Position numbers and translations under genes: made by a program. The notes under the pieces are model-generated. The model was not told the DNA's origin and did no database searches. It was given only the letters and a program-made list of their open reading frames with translations. A stretch of DNA of 32,278 nucleotides from Jimgerdemannia flammicorona. Lineage: Eukaryota. Position 1 is the stretch's first letter, and each line of letters opens with the position of its first letter. The stretch covers positions 1 through 32,278 of the forward strand of contig RBNJ01000357.1 of NCBI GenBank assembly GCA_003990765.1, written 5' to 3'. Positions 11,419 through 22,829 of the stretch are shown here, piece by piece.

Positions 11419-11745
11419 GAAAGGGGTTCGTGAGAGGTCTGTGCGCTTTATTTGCAAGTGACTGCATTCGCCGGTGATTTGCTCAGCCGCGTCGGAAAAG
11501 TCCACATCAGGCAACAATTCGACGCCCCTTTTCATTACTCTCATTTTCCATTACTCTCTTCGGGTTAATCCTACTTATTCAACGTCAAAATAAAAATATA
11601 CATGTTCGACCTGTATCTGTATTCCCGTGCACACACCCTTTCTGCTAGAATATGGAAGGGTATCATAACCTAGCCAATCCGTTAACCCCCTTCAGACCAA
11701 ACCCCCCTCCCCATTGCCCGCCGGCTCAAATGGTCCCACCAGCCG

Positions 11746-12631
11746 TTAAATCTTAAGGTCATCAGCTGTGGAGTGAGTTTGATATGCAAAGGCGAGAGTG
11801 GAGAAAGATGGTAAGCGATATGCAGCCATATATGTTTTTTTGTTTTTTTAAAAGTGAATTGACTAGCACGTTTGTACAGCAACGCCCCCATGGCAGGTTC
11901 ACCTCTTAGGGGGTCTCCCAAATTAAGCAAGTATACCTCTCCCCATTTCAAACATTCCCCAGTTCCAGCTGCCTCCCCGTAAAAGACCTGGCCCCACCCA
12001 ACCCAACCCAACCCATCCCACCCTGCATTTCGCCTGAACTTATCTATACTCACGAGTAAGAATGCCTTGCGACAACAAGTCCTTCGCATCGGGACGCGAT
12101 GTGATCTTTTGCTCAAGTGCATCGGCGAGGCGGCTTTTTTCGAGCTCCGAAGCTTGCGCCTGAATCGCGGGGGCGATCTTTGTGTCTAAGATTTGGTGAA
12201 TAGTGCCACAAGCAAAGCGTGTTCAGAGAGAGAGATCTAATATTAATTTTGGATACCACGAATCCAAGTCGTAGCTGTTTGTCCACATCACTCTTACCAA
12301 GCGGTTTAATCTGTTGGCTCATTTACACATGCCACCTCCTCCATTTCACTTTTGTCAACCCTCTCCCTCCCTCCCTCATCTCCCCCCCCCCTTTCTCACC
12401 TTTCAAGATGTTGTGCTGAATAAGCTCATCACGGGTAGGCCTCCTCTCGAGCTTGTGCCTGAGATCGGTCTTCCGCTTCTCAATGTCCTCGATGATGTTC
12501 TCAACGGCGACGGCGGCGGTAGCGTTATCAGCTGTATCAAGGTGTACGAGCATGTGACGAGTCGTCAGCGCGTGAAAGATAAATTGTCAAAGACCCACAC
12601 AAGGCACTCCATCAACGGCAGGCTTACCCAT
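11746..12631 (-). CDS. Small two-RPEL-repeat protein, 4 exons (12631-12628, 12531-12400, 12185-12054, 11765-11746), 95 aa
   Basis: Spliced: MADNATAAVAVENIIEDIEKRKTDLRHKLERRPTRDELIQHNILKDTKIAPAIQAQASELEKSRLADALEQKITSRPDAKDLLSQGILTPDDLKI, with two LxxKL/IxxRPxxx(E/D)LxxxxIL motifs. Donors are GTAAGC, GTGAGA and GTGAGT; total 288 nt. Confidence 0.85.
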
Positions 12632-13250
12632 TATGTTGTTTGTTTGACAAGTGACGAAAAAAGTAAGAGATAGAAAGAGAAGTAGAGCGGTCAACGTACG
12701 GTCCTCGGCGCCGCTTTTTAAAAGTAGCGTGTTTCCTGGGGAGGGTGTGGGGTGTGGGAGTGTGGGAACACTGGATCTGGGTCCCGTCATGTGACGTGCT
12801 GCCTTTTTCGGCTCTAACCATCGTCGCCGAGGGGTCGAAGAACGCCCGCAAACATCTGGACCACCGGATTGTCGCGCGGCGTTGTGACGTTTTTTTTTTT
12901 TTTAATTACAAGCATAAAGAACAGTTTGTCTTGCGTATGTATAAACAGGATAGGGCTTTGTTCTACATGTCAAGCATCACGAATCATCCGCCTTAAAAGC
13001 TTTCTGTGATCCGTGCCCAACACATGACTCGGCCTCGCACTGATTTGACATGTGCAGATGATGCCGTCGCCCGTAAGTTTGCGTGAGGTACCGTGCCGTG
13101 CCGTGGCCCTTTTCAAACGTACACGGCATTGGCGCACGTTCTCTGTTCCCTCATGACGTACCACTGTTGGCAACCTCGAGTCGCACGGTGGATTTGGGTT
13201 TCGCTGCCTTTGTACATACGGCGCAGGGGTTGATCGGGCGCAGTGGCCGA

Positions 13251-13468
13251 GCCATTGTTTAGCTACGATGATTGTAATTTAATTAGGTGTATTAGGTGTA
13301 CAATTTGGAGACAAGCAGATAAATAAAGCGTGGCGGGTCAATTGGACCAAGGGATGTGCCATTGTTTAGCTACGAACATTGTTATTTAATTAGGTGTATT
13401 AGGTGTACAATTTGGAGACAAGCAGATCAATAAAGCGTGGCCGGTCAATTGGACCAAGGGATGTGCCA
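13251..13468. repeat. 107-bp tandem duplication (13251-13357 / 13358-13464) with GCCA junction microhomology
   Basis: Two copies of gccattgtttagctacga...ggtcaattggaccaagggatgt, with 5 mismatches counted by eye. Confidence 0.92.
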
Positions 13469-13769
13469 GGTAAAACGGGATCTTGGGGTATAATGGTGGA
13501 ATGAAAATCATGAAGTGTGAGAAATCAGGTATCATTTCTATATTTAATGCATACGGCATGTCCGGATCCAGATCAATTCATGCATCGCTCTGGTTTTTGC
13601 CGGCTTTCTCTTCACGGGCCACCGTCGCTACTTGCTCAATTTTGAAGTGTTCTTGTACTTCTTCCGGCGTCGCCGTAGAAGAGAACGAGGTTTCAAAAGC
13701 AACCGCTTGCGTTTCCACCACCTCTCCCGACGAGCTTTCCGGCTCCGCGACGACGACGGCAACGACCTC

Positions 13770-15824
13770 CTATTCCACCTCCTGCTCCACCTCCTTGCCT
13801 TCCCCTTCTTCAGCCACATCAATTCCCACTGCCTCTTCCTCCCCTTGCATCCCAGATCGCTCTCCCGTCCACTCCGTCCCCATCGGCACCATCTCCACCA
13901 CGACCTCTTCAATCGGCGCCAAGGGCGACACCTCCAACCTAGCGACCTGCCTCCACACCGCTGCCACCCCCTCCGCGACGATCGTCGCCGACGCCGCCGA
14001 CGCCGCCTGCGCTCGGGTCGGGTCCGCCGGCATTGCACTCCGCGTTCGCGCGCCCTCATCCGCTGCCTGTTGCGCTGTCTCCGCCACAGCTGCGGCATCC
14101 GCAGCCGCTTGCTCTGCCGCCTGATGGAGCTGTTTCTGTCGCTCTTGCACTTCCTTGGGAAGGCAATTGAACTTGCAGACGGGACAAAAGGGCGATTTCT
14201 CGGTTAGCCAGGGGTCTGTGGGAGGGTGAGTGGATATAAGAGATTAATGAGTGAGATGTGCATTGCGTACAGATGCTAATCAATCGTGCCACAGTAAGCG
14301 AATAGTAAAAAAGAATGACGAAAACTTACCAATGCAGTGGACGTGATAGACATGCCCACAAGGCAAAACCCTGACCTCATCATTCGGCCGCGCCTCTCCT
14401 TCTGCCCCCGCTCGCCCCTCTTCCATCCCGACGGTACTAGTACTGCCGTTCACCGGCTCCTGCACCCTCATCTCCTCCTTCCTCACCGTGCTCGCCTGCT
14501 CGCTGCTCTCGCCCCCCTCCACCGCAATCGTCTCCACCGCCATCTCAGTCTCCCCCTCCGTCTTTTCATCAAAGTCCATCAGGCAGATCGGGCACCCGTT
14601 GTTCTTTGCCTGCGTCAGGTGGAACCGCGTGATCGGGAACGTGGCCAGTGTCTCACGGTCCAGCGTCAGCCCGAGCGGTTTCAACGCAACAGTTGCCCGT
14701 GCCAGATCGGCCATGAGGCGCGCCGTTGAATCTGGGGGGTATATACAGAAGAAACGGTTCCAAAAGATGATGACTTTATGGAAACGAAAAGATGGTTATT
14801 GGCGTTAAAGCACAGAGATCGATGGCAAGTTTGAAGGTTCAACGATATGACAATTGTGTGACGGGGCCATGAAACAATTACCGTCGAAAAATAAATATAA
14901 AATAAAATAAAATAGTGAACCGTTACTACTCACGTGCCACCCCCAAAATAACCGCCGAGCAACACCCGACAATGGCTCCGATCGCGCTCCCGCTTAACGA
15001 CCCGTAGGTCGAGAGCTTGGACGTCGGATTGATGACCTGGGTCACTTGATCCATGCTCAGCGCCAATATGACCTCGACGTAGTTCTTGGTCTGAGTCACT
15101 TCGAACTTGACGGCCTTCGCGTCGGCCAGTCGACTGAGTAACATCTGCCCCATGACGGCGTCGACATACACAGCCGACGCAGTGTTCGATTCCCCATCGC
15201 CCTGGTCGGCCTTCAGCCCATCGTACGTCTGCGTCGACGTATCGTTGTTGTAAATGATGAAGGCTGTGAAATTTGTGTTCGGGTATGCCTGCTGCGCGAA
15301 CACAAACTTGTCCGTCAGGTGGCAACCGCCTCCACGGGAGATCAGCCCGATCGTCGGCGCTGAGGTTACGGCGAACGGGGTCGTCGAGTCGGTGAGGATG
15401 TTTGCGATGGGGAGGGAGGAACAAGAAAAGTTGAGATCGGCGAGTATACCCTGTAGAGAGGTTTAATAGAGAGAGAGATGTGTTGGTATCGCGCGGCATC
15501 GTGTATTGGAAGCCCTCAAAAAAGATCCCCACTGAACCACATGCACGAAAACCATCTACTCACCCATACCGCCATCTGCAACACAACGCCCGGAACAGGC
15601 AACACTCCCGTCGACACTGTGATATTTCCTGCCGTCGTGTCGGGGTTCGCGGACAACACGCTCCAGTCAGTTATGATCGGCGTCCATAAAAGTCGCTGCT
15701 CATACAGCGTGAAGCTCGTGAAGAGGGGCCCAGAGTCCGGACCTTGCCCGATCACGGCGGCGGCCAGCGTGGCGAGCGAAAGCGCTAGGAGGAGGCGCAA
15801 AAGGGTAGAACCGCGGAAGGTCAT
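13770..15824 (-). CDS. PA-TM-RING-H2 E3 ubiquitin ligase (RNF13/RNF130/Goliath-like architecture), 4 exons (15824-15570, 15450-14934, 14773-14330, 14215-13770), ~553 aa; frame stays open to TGA at 13578-13580
   Basis: Signal peptide MTFRGSTLLRLLLALSLATLAAA; PA motif IGLISRGGGCHLTDKFVFAQ...FIIYNN; TM AIGAIVGCCSAVILGVALIIFW; RING-H2 CPIC...[27 protein letters not shown]. An alternative in-phase donor exists at 15563. Confidence 0.88.
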
Positions 15825-16139
15825 GGCTTGGGTAATTGATGGATTGGAGGGGTTGGGTAGGCCGTGGAAGGGGAAAAGCTGAGAGTACTTGTGGTGTATG
15901 AATGATTTCAAAGACGGAGGGCAACGTGTCCAGATTGAGAGTTGTGTATTTCTCGCAAAAGCTTAACGCGGACCACCATTCATAAGTGCACTCGACACGT
16001 CTTGGTGGAATCGGACAAGAGAGTCCAACACCGATGAGGAAACATCGTCATCACACGTGCGATTGCCAATTTCACCGTATCGCGATCCGACGACGTGGTA
16101 CACCTGCACATTCCCATCGGCAACGAAACCTAAGAATCA

Positions 16140-17636
16140 GATACATCGTCTCTATCGACAATAATTCTGTCGTCGTTACTTATGACACACTGTACGAATA
16201 TCGCGATTCAACTGTCGTTCGAGATTCGGAATTCGCAAATCTGGAAGCAAAAACTCTACCGGAGGGTGTGATCTCCGTCCGATTCAAGCACCTTCAAACT
16301 CGGAAATCAGTCCTGCCTATTCACGACCTGCTATCTTGGAACGCTGCACAAGGATAGGATGATACCCTCTTCAGCTCTTTATAATGAGAATTTCCAAAGC
16401 GCAAATACATTGTAAGAAAGTCCTGCATCATCAAATTTGATAAAGGGTAGCAGGAATGTTTTGGAACATATATACTTGCCGTCATCTCGCCAGCGCGAAC
16501 AGGGTGCCAACTAAAGTTTGTTGGGAGGTTAGACAAGGACATTATTCTGTCTCAAACGTGGTGCCACAATGGAAGAGTGACATGTAGACTGCTCTAGGCC
16601 ACCAAAACAACCTTGTTTCTACCCAAACGCCAAAAACGAACCCCGAAGCGAGAAGGGCCAAAGTCAGCTGAGCGTCGTGACCACTTCTGGACCAACCATG
16701 AGGAATACTCAAAACAACAAACGTAAGCGGAGCCCCGCGTCCACTAACAGATCGTCAAAGACACGAAAATAGCAAGGCAAAGCGCGCAAAGTCGAATCAG
16801 TAGCCGAGATCGGACAACTTGCAGGTATATGTCTCACGTTTATTCAACCTGAACCTGTTGATGTGTCTGCGAGATTTTCGTGTTTCTAGGGTGTCAATCG
16901 ACGTGGACAATGATCCGTGTGTGTGTTGTCGCCTCACACAACTCTCCATTTTACCATTTTTGCAGGCACGCAGTTGCGAGATGTCCAACCAGCAGGAAGG
17001 GGTTTATAGTGCACTAAAGCGTCGGCTAGATAGCCAGCAAGGTACTGTATCTGATTCGCATTTAATGGGTTTGAGAAATATTGCTCGGGCAAGAGTATTT
17101 GTTGGAAGATCTCGTTTGTCGTATGGACGTGAAAGATCTAGGCTTCTGTAATCCCACAGTTACGTTTTACGTCTGATATAAAAAGACCCCAACCAGCAAG
17201 CATGTGGACGTGGATAAGGTGGACCCAATACCAATATCAGTATAAAAATATTATTGGGACCCACAAAGATATTTCAATTAGGAGTGTGTTACCGACATCC
17301 TGAGTACCAATATTGTCATTGTCTAAACAGGTTCGTACTTTAATCACAGTTAATATTCCATTTCTGTTCTAATCCTAATAGGTTTTCGGCGAATATCTAT
17401 AAGAGGTACAATATCTCGTTTGCTTTTGCTCGGAAATAGCGCGGGTTTGGTTTCTCCGCGCTTTCATGTCAAACATACTGATTACCATGTGGTCAGTGGT
17501 CTAGATATACAGGTGGGATCGCGTATGGTATGTACTTAGTTTTGATAGTGGGACGTACGTGGATGTGAGAAGGAAGCAAGGTGTTAGCGTGGCTCATGTC
17601 CGGATTTGATCACAAGGTCTTTGGAAGGTTTACACG
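16140..17636 (+). pseudogene. Degraded multi-exon gene of unknown family
   Basis: Five consecutive phase-compatible GT-AG exons (16966-17041, 17142-17330, 17382-17444, 17513-17527, 17617-17636) read ARSCEMSNQQEGVYSALKRRLDSQQGFCNPTVTFYV*YKKTPTSKHVDVDKVDPIPISV*KYYWDPQRYFN*ECVTDILSTNIVIV*TGFRRISIRGTISRLLLLGNSAGGIAYGLWKVYT. Upstream coding-like blocks (~16165-16411, ~16600-16824) also end in GT donors and contain in-frame stops. Boundaries are uncertain. Confidence 0.5.
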
Positions 17637-18462
17637 GTTAGGTGTGGTGCATATTCATTCATTTATCGTTTGGAAAAATAAAATGAAATAAAATAACATC
17701 CGAGCCAATTCGTTCGCCTATATATCGAGGAGCAATCACCTCCTGTCCGACAACTTAAAGTACGCGAAGAAATGAAAAGAAAGCCTACTTCTTCCAATGC
17801 AGCGCTGCCAATTCTTTAAAGAATGGACTCGGATCGTCATCGTCCCCGACGTCATTTCCAACATCATCATTGTCTACCGTGCTTTTGGTCCCTGGCCGTT
17901 TAGTAACAGTTGTCGCTTTTGTCTACTCCACGACCACCTCCCACTGATGATATAAACCATGCGAAAAAAAGAATGAGGGTTAATGGCAGTACAACCAAAC
18001 ACATGTTAAATATACCTTAACTGAACGAGTCCGCCGTAACATCAGTTTTGTTGGACCATGGCGCCAATTATACGAGGGTAATGGGGCTTCAATCACGCGG
18101 GGCCTCAAGTCCTCCGAGTGCGATAAAAGCAAAGAAGCCATAAGGATGGAACATACACTTTTGATTTATTTACGAGTGAGCCCGGCAACTGTGAATACCG
18201 CGGGCATCCCGGCCAGCGAGACCACGTGGTGTCATGCGAGCATTTGCGAGTTTAGCGGCAAGGTTGATGTATCGTGACGCTATATATACAGTACTTTTGC
18301 TATGTATATGATGATGTGAGGGTGGATTGGATGGATATCCTACTTGGTAAAGCTGATGTGAGTAGTCCGTTGAATAGATTATATGTTTCTAATTATGATA
18401 TGATAATAATTACGAAAATGTCTTTTGAATATCAAATCGTGAAATATTTATATATATACAAT

Positions 18463-20599
18463 TTAGTTGACCGAGATGCTATTTCCATTCGCGTCCATGA
18501 AACTTCCGTGGAATGTCGACGCATTGTACTTCCCAATATCAGCCTTCGCAATCTCCGTCAAGTCTCGTGCGTTCAAGACAAGCAAGAAGCAGCTGTCTTT
18601 CCGGCCCTTCCCGTCGCCGGTCATATTCACGATGCTCAAGATCACACCGACATCTTCTTGTTCCGACGAAGGATTGGGAATGAAGATCGGCTCAGAGCAA
18701 GAGCACCCGGGCTTGTCCCACTTCAAAGTCGCGGAAGGGCCGAGCTTCAAATCGGCCTTGACGATACCGGTGACGAGGCCGGTCGAGGAGGCGTTCGCGT
18801 ACGACTTGCCGTACACGGAGTTGCAAACACCCCAGACGTAACGATAAGGGCGCTGCTCGCGGCGAGGGTCGATCCGCGGAAGTTCCACGTCCTCGGCGAC
18901 AATGATATAGTCGGCGTGAGGGTGCCTGTACTTGTTATAGACACCGGACTTGTCGGCTTGCGCAAGCGCAACCTTGGTCACGTTCTCGAGCCGGTAGCGG
19001 CGCACCTCTGAGGGCCGGATCGGTGGTTTGTCGAGGCCGGGCGCGTGCTCCTGGGTCTGGTTCATGTAGGAGGTCTTCTCGTCAAAAGGTTTGAATGGGC
19101 CATCTTTCTTGAAGTTGATAGAGGCCCTACGGTTCTTCTTCGCCTTACGAGCTTTCCATGCGCGATGCCCTTTTGCCGTAGCGGAACGCTCTATATCCAT
19201 TGATTTCTTCACATTGTTCGTCGCATCCGCCTCGTCGGCCTTACCAAGCCCGAAGCTCGCACTGATAATGTCAGGACTGTCGTAGGCGCACACGTCGAAT
19301 ACGATGACGTCATCGCCATCCTCGTCGACCTCGTCCCAAGCGTTGACGGTGTGGAATGCAAAGTAGGCGTCTGCCTGGTAGGTTGCCACGTGTTTCTTGG
19401 TGCGACGATCGAGCACTTGGTACAATGTCGGCTTCGTCCCGTCCCAGTAGAAAGATTCGTAGACGCTGCCGTGCCAGATGGTTGCCATGCCATTGTAACT
19501 GAACCAGTACGGGTAGTTTGGAATGATGATGTATTTCTCGGTCATTGAAAAGGAGTGTGCGTAAGCTGCCTTGAGAGTAGCCCGCGGATCAGCCAGATTT
19601 TGGCTGATTGGCTCGAACTGAGTGGTAACACCGGACGCAGAGACGGAGAAGGCACGGAATTGCACTACGGGCCCCAGCTCCACGACGAAGTTGACGGTTT
19701 CCCCTGTGACTGGATCTTGTTGGTGGTGTGCGGCGGAGAGTTGACCATTCAGACCAGGCGCATAGTCGGTGTAGGTGAAGATTTTTTTCGGTGCTGTGGT
19801 GGTTACATATGATTGTAATATAGAACAGAGGTTGGTCAGTGATGCCTGCAAGGAATTGTCGCTGGGCGCAATTTCGCGGACAACTCACCCAAAGTGACTT
19901 CATCCAAGACCTGGACCATATTGGCATCAGTCTTTACAACCAAACCCTGGTCAGAAAGGCTGTCGAACCGGTCGCCCTTGGGTAAAGGAAAGTTGGGTGT
20001 CACGGCGACATTGATGATCTCGGAGGTGGGATCCGCCTCTTGGCGGGCACGCATTTTCCCCATGCCAGTAATATGATGGAAGAAGGAGCTGATCTTGTCG
20101 AAAACGGTCTTGCATGGGTCTGGCCCGAAGAAAAGAACGGTGTTGTCTCGCTCGACGATTCGCTTTTCGACGCCTTTGGCTGTGTATCGCGAGTTGTATT
20201 TAACAGTATTTGAGGAGCCAGAGAACTCGAAGCGGTGCACCAGGCTGAGGCCGTCGAAAGGGTGTTGGATGTGATACATTGATCCGTCAGGTAGAGGAAT
20301 GTTGAATTTTCCTGTGCCTAATTGGTTGATTGCACGTTAGCAAATGTTTTCGAATACTTTGTATTTTGTATTTTTGCGCGAGGGGCTCACATACCGGAAC
20401 GATATAGCACTCCGCTGAGCCATCGCGGTAGTTTTCCAGTGACCCGAATTTCTACTTGTTCAGGTATTTCTGGCGTGTTCTTATATCCCGTCGGCTTGCC
20501 GATTGACTTTCCCAGAACGCTTTTGGTCTTAGGAGTGTTTTGACCCTTGTTATTGTTTCGATCTTTGTAGTTGCTTTGAACATTAATAGACGGTGCCAT
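18463..20599 (-). CDS. carS: Carotenoid cleavage oxygenase (RPE65/CCO family), CarS/Tsp3-like, 3 exons (20599-20395, 20317-19889, 19793-18463), 654 aa
   Basis: VTGKLPRWLSGVLYRSG, HPFDG, FGPDPCKT, the four iron-ligand His motifs (SAAHHQ, AYAHSF, FAFHTVNAWDE, TFHGSF), ELPRID and SEPIFIP. The GVEKRI/VTPNFPL/IPNYPY segments resemble Mucorales Tsp3/CarS as I recall them. The family call is firm; the orthology call is less so. Confidence 0.9.
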
Positions 20600-20667
20600 G
20601 GTCGCGTTTCAAAAGAAGAGGCTTTGTTGTTGGTGATGAAAACCCCGTCTAAGAGGTCTATGAATGC

Positions 20668-20675
20668 TTTATATA

Positions 20676-20708
<33 letters not shown>
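20668..20708 (-). promoter_or_regulatory. TATA box (TATATAAA, 20668-20675) directly preceded by a 32-nt poly(dT) tract, promoter of the carotenoid oxygenase
   Basis: About 70 nt upstream of the ATG at 20599; A32 on the + strand at 20677-20708. Confidence 0.5.
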
Positions 20709-20711
<3 letters not shown>

Positions 20712-21847
20712 AAATGTAAAACCCGCTACTATCGTTGTCATGGCGATAGATACGTTGCCTCCAAACCGATCGGCGATTTTTCTCGTCTCCCACGCCCCCC
20801 TTTCGAAAAACCACCAATGGGTTGTGTAGCCACCCCTGGATACAGACCCCTTATCCCACCTGCCATTTTTTCTGAAATCGCCGTTCGTCTAAGCGCGTAG
20901 CGTGTTCATCTCCATGTGATTGTTGACGTCGAACGTGCCAAGCGTAACCTTGGATTGTCGCAGTCTGGGGTGCATGTGCCATTCCAAACCCAGACATGTG
21001 ACTACTGACTACCGTTTTCAAAGTGAATACTACGCCCGGAGTGTTCTATACAAACATTACTCATAAAGCACGCTGTGAGGCAAATTTGGCATAAAGGCGT
21101 TTTATTATTATTATTATTATTTATTCCAAAAGATTCAAAGGACGTCTCGTTACTCATAAAAGTGACTCAAAAATAGACAACGTTGTGAAAACAGACAAGC
21201 CAATGATGGATACAAGTGAAAGTACCCTGCGATGATCTAGCGCTAATCTTATGATCAATGTTTCATCCATACTTGGACTGGTGCGTCAGCCAAGATGCAA
21301 GGGATCTGAAACCAGCGGGGTCCATTGCACGAGTTCGAAAAACTATGTGCTCAAACGGGTTTCCAAAACGGGTAGGTATGCGATCGATGAATTGTTTTTG
21401 CTTTGCTTATCATCGCAGGCTCATGAATGAGCTGTCAACAACTATACACTACTCCCATCCCAATTACGGCAAGCGAAAACTTAACGATCGTTCCGCGACG
21501 CACTATTGTATCCGAAACCATCGCTTTTGCCGACCGAGAGCGGAACACTATTGGGCCTTCTGCTGTCGCCTGTTCAGCTCCGCTGTAGCTACCACCCATT
21601 GTGTAGCTTCCCCTGAATGTTAGCTCCTGTTTCATCTACCGATGAATTTCAGTGACTCGGCGTATGTTACGATTGGGGAATTGATGGTAGGCCATCGCCT
21701 GGTTATCTTTACACTACTTGCCGCGGATTGCTGGCTTCAAAACACCGAGTCCCCTTGTCCCCTTGAGGGCCTCTTCCGTCATCGTGGATCGCACAGTTCT
21801 GAAGCTACGGCTGAGGGTTAATTCCACTGTAGGTCGTTTGGCTAGCC

Positions 21848-21883
<36 letters not shown>

Positions 21884-22829
21884 GACGGTCGCGAGCGCCA
21901 CAAACGACTATTACCAGCTGCCGGTTCGATGGAACGTTACACTAAATTAGTCCGCTGATCGGCATATCTATGCGGTTTAAACCAAACTCTGATAGTGTGC
22001 CAAGCGGGTCAACAACTTTATCCCTACGGGATCATTCCATTCCGCTCAATACACAATGAATACCAAAGCGCAAATCAATCATGTCGTATGTCGTTTTCTC
22101 TTATGAAAGGCCGCCAAGTATTTGGTTATTGCAACTTCATACAGTGGCTGCAATGCTGCTTTCGATAAGACATTTTGGAAAGCCCAGATCGAAAATCTCG
22201 TACATCCTGAGACAACATTGTATGTTTACTCATGAGATCCGGCGGGGCTTCGGTTAGTATTACTATTCTGATCCTCAATTTCCTGATCTAGGAGGGGCGG
22301 GGTAGGTAGATATGGTGTAGGTTCCACACGCGTACACAGTCTAGCCGCCGGACGAGACGTGAATAAAATGCCCCTTAGTAATCGACAATTCAAGGCAAGT
22401 GCGTCTGACCCAATTCAAGCGTTTTCCGGTTTGAGGAAAGCCCAGCATGGTAAAAAATCCTTCGTTTTGGGAGTCAAGTTTCAGAGTTTCAGGAGAAATC
22501 TCGCCAAACGGGTAGGTTGGAAGATCCAGGGCTCCTGAGAAGAAAAAATCACGTAGTCAGAACGGCTATCCGTGTGTTTCCAAGAAATCTACTTGTGTCT
22601 TTGATGTGAGATTCAACAGATCTCGACTGAGATTGAAAAATCGCGGCGTGTGTACGTTGGGCAGAAGCGTGCTCTCTACCCACAAACTGACAAGCGACAG
22701 GTGCACAACGGATTTGTCTGATTGCAAACTGTAATAAATTGTTACGTTTTTGTACAAAAGTGGAGCCGAACTCCCGCTCGTAGTGAGCCAGCGAAGCAGG
22801 ATATTGCGCGCAGCATGGGTGCCACGGTC

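Noticed and set aside
13483..14808. Antisense and off-frame ORFs over the RING gene
   Set aside because: Shadow ORFs of an E/A/V-rich GC-rich exon.
18274..19011. 245-aa plus-strand ORF
   Set aside because: Antisense to the carotenoid oxygenase exon; no independent features.
20622..20628. AACAAAG HMG-box-type site upstream of the carotenoid oxygenase ATG
   Set aside because: A single 7-mer downstream of the TATA box, expected by chance.
21258..21623. 121-aa ORF with an intron-like GTAGGT...CAG segment
   Set aside because: No recognisable motif in any frame and no consistent exon chain; it may be a relic but cannot be supported.
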